32,000 nt of DNA from Acidobacteria bacterium 5-1 (lineage in GTDB: Bacteria; Acidobacteriota; Blastocatellia; Pyrinomonadales; Pyrinomonadaceae), in NCBI GenBank assembly GCA_002050455.1, contig MWZA01000220.1:1-32000 (forward strand). Direction: 5' to 3'. Under the pieces are notes generated by a model, which made no database searches, was not told the DNA's origin, and saw only the letters and a list, made by a program, of their open reading frames with translations. This document shows, piece after piece, positions 25,730-32,000 of this stretch; position 1 is the first letter of the stretch; the number at the start of each line of letters is the position of its first letter. The translations under genes were made by a program, and so were the position numbers.

Positions 25730-26782
25730 TTATTTTCCCGCAATTACAAAATGCGCAATTTCAGAATCAGATTGTCCGAGCAAAACTTTTAATTCTTCGA
25801 TTGAGATGTTTTTGTCTTTTGATGAATATTCACTCTCAAGCGCGGGTGAAAAATCTTTGCCGTCGCGCAGTTCGGGCAAAACCGGCAAAATCACGTAGTA
25901 ATCGCCGCGTTCCGCCGTTCGGAAACATTCTTCTTCGCTCACCATTATCTCGTGAATCTTTTCTCCGGGTCGGATGCCGGTAAAGACAATCGGCAAATCT
26001 TTTTCGCCCATAATAGCTTTTGCTACATCTATCATTTTTGCAGCCGCTACTTTAGGAACATAAGTTTCGCCCCGAAACCCTTCGGTAATTGCTGCAAATA
26101 CTGTATCTACTGCTCTGTCTAAACTTAGAAGAAATCTTGTCATCTCTTCTAAAGTAACGGTCAGAGGTTGATTTTTCCGTACTTGCTCAACAAAAAGAGG
26201 AACTATCGAGCCGCGCGAAGCTATTACATTACCATATCTGACGCACACAAAACTTGTATCCGGGCAATCTCGATTAGCTTCAATCAAAACTCTTTCCTGC
26301 AAAGCCTTTGTCATTCCCATCACATTTATTGGTTTACAGGCTTTGTCAGTTGATATACCGACTACCTTTTCTACTGGTAAATTATTTTCACGAATAGCTC
26401 TGGTAACATTTTGGGCTCCGACAATGTTTGTTAAAATGGCTTCAAAAGGAAAATACTCGCACGAGGGAACTTGTTTAAGCGCCGCCGCGTGAAAAACAAC
26501 GTCGGCTTCGCGCATCGCTCCGAGCAACGCCGAATAATCTCTGACATCGCCGATGCGAAAATTTAATATGTCTTGTGAATCCTGATATATAACGTCGTCG
26601 GTTGCCGTCCGCTTATGCATAAATTCAAGCCGCATGTAATGTTGTTTGGCTTCATCGCGTGAAAATACCGTAATCCGCGCAGGTTTTCCAATCTCTCCGG
26701 TCAGCAAGCGATTAACCAGCGTTTGTCCCAGAGAACCTGTTCCGCCGGTTACTAAAATTCTTTTTCCTTCTAATGTTTTCAT
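25730..26782 (-). CDS. UDP-GlcNAc 4,6-dehydratase/5-epimerase, FnlA/CapE/WbjB type
   Basis: KRILVTGGTGSLGQ, AAALKQVP, STDKACKPINVMGMTKALQE. This has Met at the position of the SDR catalytic Tyr (MxxxK), which I recall as the CapE/FnlA hallmark. The track start (TTG 26833) runs through fossil DNA; ATG at 26782 (MKTLEGKRILVTGG) is the likely start. Confidence 0.85.
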   Translation of the reverse strand: MKTLEGKRILVTGGTGSLGQTLVNRLLTGEIGKPARITVFSRDEAKQHYMRLEFMHKRTATDDVIYQDSQDILNFRIGDVRDYSALLGAMREADVVFHAAALKQVPSCEYFPFEAILTNIVGAQNVTRAIRENNLPVEKVVGISTDKACKPINVMGMTKALQERVLIEANRDCPDTSFVCVRYGNVIASRGSIVPLFVEQVRKNQPLTVTLEEMTRFLLSLDRAVDTVFAAITEGFRGETYVPKVAAAKMIDVAKAIMGEKDLPIVFTGIRPGEKIHEIMVSEEECFRTAERGDYYVILPVLPELRDGKDFSPALESEYSSKDKNISIEELKVLLGQSDSEIAHFVIAGK

Positions 26783-27011
26783 AAATTTTATAAATTTCGG
26801 GAACTTGCACGTTCGCCGAATATTCTTGTTCAACCGTTTTGCTCCGAGCGTTGCCTGTTTTTGGCGCAGCTCTCGGTTTCAAAAGACGAGTAGATACTCT
26901 CTATGTTTCTTTTTCTGATAATCAACTCCCATTGTTTGATACAAAACGCTGTTCGGATAAAGTGTCATAAATGCTCGGCGCAATGACGAACACTTCTATT
27001 TTACTGCTCAT
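26783..27011 (-). pseudogene. Fossil of a GT4 paralogue of 17746-18861, with a frameshift and a large internal deletion
   Basis: From ATG 27011: MSSKIEVFVIAPSIYDTLSEQRF (versus MNRKIKLLAIVPSIYDTSPGQRF). A shifted frame gives IKQWELIIRKRNIESIYSSFETES (versus LEQWEPILRQNGIEITYSPFETEE). It then joins directly to GNARSKTVEQEYSANVQVPEIYKI (versus GQAGRKTVEQEYSAKVIVPKVFDIF, residues about 335-360). The trace continues about 35 nt into the fnlA-like 5' end. Confidence 0.65.
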
Positions 27012-27047
27012 ATTAAAGTTAATTATTTTTTATTTTCTCAAAACAAA

Positions 27048-27059
27048 TTTAGCATAAAG
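27048..27059 (-). promoter_or_regulatory. Copy 3 of the conserved intergenic 12-mer CTTTATGCTAAA
   Basis: Exact 12-mer, 36 nt upstream of the fossil GT4 ATG and about 265 nt upstream of the fnlA-like start, in an AT-rich gap. Confidence 0.4.
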
Positions 27060-27174
27060 ATACTAAAATAGAAATTTTCGAACTTTGTTCTTTACGTTAG
27101 AGATTTCTCTATTGCTCCAGAGTATATAGATATTTTGCTGTATCGCGTTTTCAATGTCAAAATTTATTCGCCCA

Positions 27175-27490
27175 TTAATCACCATCTCGGATTATGTTCC
27201 AATCAATTCGGTAATTTTCCGATGCCGTCTTCAATTTTCGTTTGCCGATTGTAACAAGCAATTTTCGCGCCATTATTTCACGCGGCGCGAACACCGCTGT
27301 TTTCTTGTTTAATGTAACAAACCTTTTCGCCGAATGCGGCGACAACTTTTTTTGTGTTGTCGGTTGAACCGTCATCAACCACAATAATTTCCGCAATCGG
27401 ATAAGTTTGCGCCAAAGCACTTTCAATCGCGCCGCCGAGAAAACACCCGTGATTATAGACCGGAATTACAACTGAAACTGTTCGGTTCAT
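27175..27490 (-). pseudogene. Fossil of a GT2 paralogue of 22392-23291 (nonsense codon, then loss of most of the gene)
   Basis: MNRTVSVVIPVYNHGCFLGGAIESALAQTYPIAEIIVVDDGSTDNTKKVVAAFGEKVCYIKQENSGVRAA* versus the intact N-terminus. The stop at 27278-27280 is TGA where the intact copy has CGA (Arg), and the next in-frame codons still read NNGAK. After that the DxD region is missing. Confidence 0.8.
27315..27416. repeat. 102-bp core identical to 23113-23214 (direct repeat)
   Basis: See 23113-23214. The out-of-frame track ORFs 22958-23224 and 27175-27426 share the peptide KLIRLRKLLWLMTVQPTTQKKLSPHSAKRFV only because of this DNA identity. Confidence 0.85.
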
Positions 27491-27502
27491 AAGCGTTCTG
27501 TG

Positions 27503-28402
27503 TTATTTTACCGCCCAAATCTTCATGCTGTCTCCCATTTTTGTTATGTTAAGTGCCTCATTTAGAGAATTTTTAACTGTTTTGCGTAAAGGACTGCTCG
27601 TAAGTGCAGCATTGAGTTGATAGCCTTTTTCCACTCGCTCGCCTCCGGTTAATCTTTCCTTTTTACCCGGTATTAACCAGTTGCGCAGATTATGAAAAAT
27701 CTCAAAAGGGTTAAAGCCTCTCACTTCAATAGTTATTTGATTGAAACCGGCTTTTTTGAGTAAATTTTCCATACCCTTTGTAGAAAATAAGCATAAATGT
27801 TCGGGTGGAGCGACGTTGGTCCACTCTGTTCCCAGTAAAAGCCTGGAAATTCCCGCTCCGTGCGGCGTTGTTGCCCAAAGCAGACCGCCGGGACGCAAAA
27901 TTCGATGCATTTCCGTTGCTAAGGCTAACGGTTCCGGAACGTGTTCGATTACTTCACTACAAGTTACGACATCAAAGTTATCATTTGGGAAACTTGCCGA
28001 ATGCAAATCTCCGTGAAAAATTTTGAAATTGTTTTTTTTAAGAAAATCAACTGAGTGCGGAGAAACTTCGACACCTTCAGCCTGCCAACCTGCCTGTGTT
28101 GCGACCGCAAGCAAATTGCCCGATCCGGCACCTACGTCTAAAAGGCGATTATTCCGGCGGTAAGGAGCAAAGACAGCTATAATATCAGCCATAACTTCAT
28201 TGATAAATTCAGGCACGTAAGAATCTGTCAACTCATTATCTTCGGTGTAGTATTCATCATAAGCAAATAAATGAGTAACTTCTCCGATTGGAGTATATAA
28301 ACTTTTACAGTTGGAACAAATGTAAATGTTGAGGTTGTTTTTCTGTCCACACAGCTTGCGAAACGAACTTTGACAAGCCGGACAAGTATTACTACTAGAC
28401 AT
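27503..28402 (-). CDS. Class I SAM-dependent methyltransferase with N-terminal Cys4 zinc-ribbon
   Basis: 299 aa. CPAC...CSNC in the first 35 residues, then motif I LLDVGAGSGNL and FDVVTCSEVIEHV. Confidence 0.85.
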   Translation of the reverse strand: MSSSNTCPACQSSFRKLCGQKNNLNIYICSNCKSLYTPIGEVTHLFAYDEYYTEDNELTDSYVPEFINEVMADIIAVFAPYRRNNRLLDVGAGSGNLLAVATQAGWQAEGVEVSPHSVDFLKKNNFKIFHGDLHSASFPNDNFDVVTCSEVIEHVPEPLALATEMHRILRPGGLLWATTPHGAGISRLLLGTEWTNVAPPEHLCLFSTKGMENLLKKAGFNQITIEVRGFNPFEIFHNLRNWLIPGKKERLTGGERVEKGYQLNAALTSSPLRKTVKNSLNEALNITKMGDSMKIWAVK

Positions 28403-28453
28403 ATTCTAAATCTTCCTAAATCACAATTTTTACGCTACTGATTCTGCTAAAAA

Positions 28454-29707
28454 TTAAACTAAATCGGAAACATCTTCCAAAACTTTTACGGCTCCTTCCT
28501 CGGAAGGCTTCGTTCCCATTCTGTCATGAATAACCTTAAAATGGGACACCGGTTTTCGCGGCGAATCGACAGCATAATTAATTGCCTCTTCTACATTTTC
28601 AAAACTATTCTTGAGAATAAAAGGGTCTGACGAGTTGAAGAGATTATACAATCTAATTTTTAGACCATTAAATTTTCTCTCGATTACCGCTTGAGCGCGG
28701 TATTTATGCAAATTATATCCTAACGCAGATCGTAATTTTCCCAACAACACCTTTCTTATCTCTTCATTTTTATATGAAAATACATTGTCAACCAAAGATA
28801 AAAGGTATCTGTTCTGATTTATTTCGGGAAGTTTTGTAGTTTCCTGCGCCTGTTTGACATTGTAATATTCGTAAATTATACAGTTCGGCAAAACATAAAA
28901 GTGCTTAACCGGAGTATCAAAGCCTAAGTCCACATCCGTAGAAGATAAGTTGTCGAGAAAATCCTTTACGTCTTTATTGAAGTTGCCCTGTATTGCATTC
29001 CTGCCGTTACTTCTATGATTGCTGTAATGAATCAATAATGGTCGGTCATAATATAAAATGGATTCAACCATATCTAAACTTCTAAAAGCAAAATTATAAT
29101 CCGGTGAAATGGAAGAAAAGACATTTCCGTATTTTTCAAGCATTTCCTTTATGTGTTCTCGCGGAGCGACGCTATTAAGCATTTTTGGCAAACCATGGTT
29201 ATTAATAATTTCTGATTCGGCATATTGCTTCAAAGTAGTTAAGGATGATATTTCAAATAGTTTCCCGGTCCACAGAAATTGATATAAAATAATCGGAGAG
29301 TCAAGGTCGCTGTCATCTATTGAGTCAATACTGTATGAAACTAATTTATCAGGATGTTTAGTCAGAATGTTCTGTAAACTTTGCAGACTATTTTTTAGGA
29401 ACAACATTCGGTCAGTTAAATATGATATATGACTGAACTCGGATATTTGAAGTGCTTGCTGCATTGCCCATCCCCAATGTTCAGCCATCGGTAACGGCTT
29501 TGGCGGACGGACATAACGCAAACGGTTGTCATTGAGTTTAGTGCAAAAAGCCGAAAGTTTTTCGACCTCTTGTTCCTCTGTGGAATTATCGGATACCAAT
29601 ATCTCAAAGTTACAATTTTCTTGGTTCAAAACCGAAGTTATTGCGTTAATTGCTAGTTCGGCGCGATTTCTGGTGGGGATTACAACTAGTAAGCTGGTGT
29701 ATTTCAT
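28454..29707 (-). CDS. GT2-like (GT-A) glycosyltransferase with extended C-terminal domain
   Basis: 417 aa. LLVVIPTRNRAELAINAITSVLNQENCNFEILVSDNSTEEQ. It is a paralogue of 29805-30997 over both the N-terminal and C-terminal regions. Confidence 0.75.
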   Translation of the reverse strand: MKYTSLLVVIPTRNRAELAINAITSVLNQENCNFEILVSDNSTEEQEVEKLSAFCTKLNDNRLRYVRPPKPLPMAEHWGWAMQQALQISEFSHISYLTDRMLFLKNSLQSLQNILTKHPDKLVSYSIDSIDDSDLDSPIILYQFLWTGKLFEISSLTTLKQYAESEIINNHGLPKMLNSVAPREHIKEMLEKYGNVFSSISPDYNFAFRSLDMVESILYYDRPLLIHYSNHRSNGRNAIQGNFNKDVKDFLDNLSSTDVDLGFDTPVKHFYVLPNCIIYEYYNVKQAQETTKLPEINQNRYLLSLVDNVFSYKNEEIRKVLLGKLRSALGYNLHKYRAQAVIERKFNGLKIRLYNLFNSSDPFILKNSFENVEEAINYAVDSPRKPVSHFKVIHDRMGTKPSEEGAVKVLEDVSDLV

Positions 29708-29804
29708 AAACTTCTAAATTCCTTTATCGTTTTCACTTCACGGGTGAAAGTGTCTGTACGTTTTCAACATACATATGTACAAAACTCTTTTTCTAAAAAA
29801 AGTG

Positions 29805-30997
29805 TTAGTTGCTCGAATAATTATTCAAAAACTCCTCGTCAATTATTTCAGAACATTCTAAAACATTATCAAAACCCGAAAGCACTCTAATCCGCCGATA
29901 TTTCAGTCTCATCAATAATGAACCAATTTTAGAATTTTTTAACTTATTCATCAAAATTCTTTTCTTTACTAAATGGCTTGACATTGTAGCGCTAACTTCT
30001 TTTCGTGATTCTTCATCCATTTCTACAAGTAAATTTTCAAACTCTTCCAGTTGTTCAGAAACATCTATATTAATAGTTTTCAAGTAAATGATTTCTTGAT
30101 AACACGAGATAAGATAAGTTTTCCAATCAAAAGATATTTCTTCAAAGTTTCCCCCAAGTCGCATTTAGCGCGAAGAATAGCATTAGTTTGATAATTAGTC
30201 CCCGAAATAAACTTCTTTAAAGGAACATAATTTAGTATCATTTCTTCAGGATAACTTTCATAAATGGATTTATCGCCGGATGTTTCGCTTCCTTGCCATA
30301 CAGTATGTAAATATAATGGTTCATTGATATATTGATATTTTTCGATGGCATTTAAGAACAAAACCGAAGAATAAATATCACTACTGACAATCGGAAAAAT
30401 TTTCGAAACCTGCGTCTTTACCTTTTTTATTATTGATGAATGATAAACCGAATTTACTAATTGAGGAAACCCAATCGAATTAATCTCAGGAATTGGGGTA
30501 AGCAATCTAAATTTTGCAAAAAGAAATTCTAATGCTTCTTTTCTGTTAAAAGTGTAAATTTTTCTGTCAAAAGGATAGATGACTACAGATTTATTAATAT
30601 TTCTACCAAATTGGGAATCTTCAATTTCGTAATATTTGGCAATTCTACAAGTTACTATCTCTGCATTTTCTTTATTTATTTGACGATACATTGTTTCTAA
30701 ATAAACCTTAGAGTAAGCATCGTCGTCAGACAAAAAAGTGACAAATTCACCTCTTGCATGACTTAAAGCAAATTCAAAACTATCGCCCATTGAAAGCGCG
30801 GTCTTTGAGCGAAAATATCTTATCCGTTTATCGGTCAAGTTTTGCGCTATTTGCGCTGTGTCATCAATTGAAAAATTGTCGCTGATAATAATTTCAAAAT
30901 CATCAAAGGTTTGGTTTAGAACGCTTTGAATGGCGCGCAACAGTAATTTTGCCCGATTGCGTGTCGGTAGGACAATTGAAAAAAACGGTTTACTCAT
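29805..30997 (-). pseudogene. GT2-like glycosyltransferase split by a frameshift at a G5 run (C5 at 30151-30155 on the plus strand)
   Basis: The ORFs 30080-30997 (FSIVLPTRNRAKLLLRAIQSVLNQTFDDFEIIISDNFSIDDT) and 29805-30164 overlap by 85 nt in different frames. The coding strand reads ...TGC GAC TTG GGG GAA.... One extra G would give ...DLGGNFEEISFDWK... and a single 397-aa protein collinear with the 417-aa paralogue (C-terminal GFDNVLECSEIIDEEF versus SFENVEEAINYAVD). Confidence 0.7.
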
Positions 30998-31122
30998 ATT
31001 GACTAATATAAAGATTCAGAGTACGGGTAATTTCCCGGTTCAAATCACGGCTGAAAGTTCCTACACGGTCTTGGATAAACATAACACAACGCTCCTGATT
31101 TTAAAAAACAGGTTAAATTGCT

Positions 31123-31239
31123 CTAATATTTACAAAATTTCTCATCCATTATTTCAGAACATTCTAAAACACTGCTAAAGCCCGAAAATATTTTTAAAGC
31201 GGATTTATGCCGAAACAATAAATAATAAATTCTCAAACT
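31123..31239 (-). pseudogene. Orphan 3'-terminal fragment of a third GT2-paralogue copy
   Basis: The minus frame reads SLRIYYLLFRHKSALKIFSGFSSVLECSEIMDEKFCKY*, compared with SLLMRLKYRRIRVLSGFDNVLECSEIIDEEFLNNY at the end of 29805-30164. DNA similarity is also visible (31143-31200 versus 29838-29895). It overlaps the wzx stop and has no upstream body. Confidence 0.55.
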
Positions 31240-32000
31240 TCGTAACTAAAACGAGTTAAAGTTTTTCTAATATAATACGAAAGGCTTTCTCTCATTTTAG
31301 GTAATGTTAAAGCCGATATAATTACGGATAATAAAAATAAAACACCTACTGTACCAACAATATGAAAAGTAGTTGCATTGGTTAGAGTAATTATACTTCG
31401 ACAGAATAATAAAACCACTGCCGTAATTAAAATCGGTTTAATTGTATCTTCCAAATACCAGCGTTTCAATTCGTCTTTCAAAATCAACCGGTGCATTATG
31501 TGCAAGCCGATTATTGTATAGGAAAAGTTTAGAATCGCCCAAGATAAAGCACCGCCGACTGCTCCGTAATGAAGCGTCGTATAAATCATAAACGGAATAA
31601 GAAAAACGATGGCAATCACATTTTGCCAAAAGCCGATTTTAGTGATTCCAAAAGCGAGCTGCGCGTAATAAGGAAGGTGCATTAAGCCGTTTAATCCTGT
31701 TCCGATGGCAACTAAAGTCAGTAAAATATAAGCCTTTTCGGCTATTTCCGGGCTTCTTGTCCAAACCAGCAAAATCTCGTAAGAAAAGAATGCTAAGATG
31801 CTGACGACCGGAATCAGAAAAAATGACATTACCTGACAGGCACGATGATAAAACTCGCGTAATTCGTCAATTTTATTTTGCGCGACAAGCTGCGAGAATT
31901 GCGGAAAATACGTTGTCTGAATCGAGCCGACAATCATTCCGATTCCTGTATTGACAAGAGTTAACGCTAAAGAGTAATAACCAAAATCTTCCAGTGTCAG
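31233..32000 (-). CDS. wzx: Wzx-type oligosaccharide flippase (MOP superfamily), C-terminal part; the 5' end lies beyond the window
   Basis: The frame is open to the window edge (LTLEDFGYYSLALTLVNTGIGMIVGSIQTTYFPQFSQL...). Multiple TM helices and the typical ...Q..FP.FS.L......L...Y......... segment of Polysacc_synt_C proteins. Confidence 0.75.
   Translation of the reverse strand: MTLEDFGYYSLALTLVNTGIGMIVGSIQTTYFPQFSQLVAQNKIDELREFYHRACQVMSFFLIPVVSILAFFSYEILLVWTRSPEIAEKAYILLTLVAIGTGLNGLMHLPYYAQLAFGITKIGFWQNVIAIVFLIPFMIYTTLHYGAVGGALSWAILNFSYTIIGLHIMHRLILKDELKRWYLEDTIKPILITAVVLLFCRSIITLTNATTFHIVGTVGVLFLLSVIISALTLPKMRESLSYYIRKTLTRFSYEV

Noticed and set aside
25743-26833. Upstream extensions of the 2-epimerase (TTG 25743) and the fnlA-like gene (TTG 26833) given in the ORF track
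   Set aside because: Internal ATGs (25719 and 26782) reproduce the canonical family N-termini (MKVMTIFGTRPE; MKTLEGKRILVTGG). The 26833 extension is fossil GT4 DNA read in another frame.
1-32000. Search for a defence system, CRISPR array, toxin-antitoxin pair, prophage or IS element, tRNA or rRNA
   Set aside because: Every long ORF has a sugar-metabolism, glycosyltransferase or housekeeping signature. Intergenic gaps are short or explained by gene fossils. No spaced direct-repeat arrays, nuclease/helicase/ATPase signatures, or cloverleaf-like or rRNA-like segments were recognised. Proper tRNA/ncRNA scanning was not possible by eye.

Overview
Most of the window (about 3.6 kb to 32 kb) is one cell-surface polysaccharide locus of the Wzx/Wzy type (O-antigen or EPS), with every gene on the minus strand. 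The left edge holds unrelated genes: the 3' end of an aminoacyl-tRNA protein transferase, a secreted phosphodiester glycosidase, YjbQ, a tiny signal-peptide ORF, and a membrane-anchored TPR plus CBM-like protein. In transcription order (right to left) the locus reads as follows. Wzx flippase (partial), a short GT2 C-terminal fossil, two paralogous GT2 genes (one frameshifted at a G5 run), and a Zn-ribbon SAM methyltransferase. Then fossils of a GT2 and a GT4 gene, followed by a UDP-2-acetamido-2,6-dideoxy-L-hexose module (FnlA/CapE-like, FnlC/CapG-like, RmlD-like). Then GT2, GT4, AsnB-type amidotransferase, a terminator and a 377-bp gap. Then GT4, an SDR epimerase with a Cys4 insertion, decayed copies of a methyltransferase and a GT4, and an intact methyltransferase. 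Then CE4 deacetylase, NodU-type carbamoyltransferase, a polytopic membrane protein (polymerase candidate) and a second AsnB. Finally a SpsI/RmlA-like nucleotidyltransferase, a SpsL/RmlC-like cupin, GT4, and a WecA/MraY-family initiating transferase with an extra C-terminal TM plus Rossmann module. I recognised no rRNA, tRNA, CRISPR array, transposase, integrase or defence genes. The notable observations are: (1) at least five gene fossils that are paralogues of intact neighbours; (2) a 4.2-kb sugar-precursor cassette bracketed by direct GT2 repeats with a 102-bp identical core; (3) the unusual WecA fusion; (4) a deacetylase/methyltransferase/carbamoyltransferase triad resembling NodB/NodS/NodU; (5) two candidate slippage tracts in glycosyltransferase genes; (6) an exact 12-mer present in three intergenic regions. 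All functional calls rest on motif recognition by eye, with no database search.
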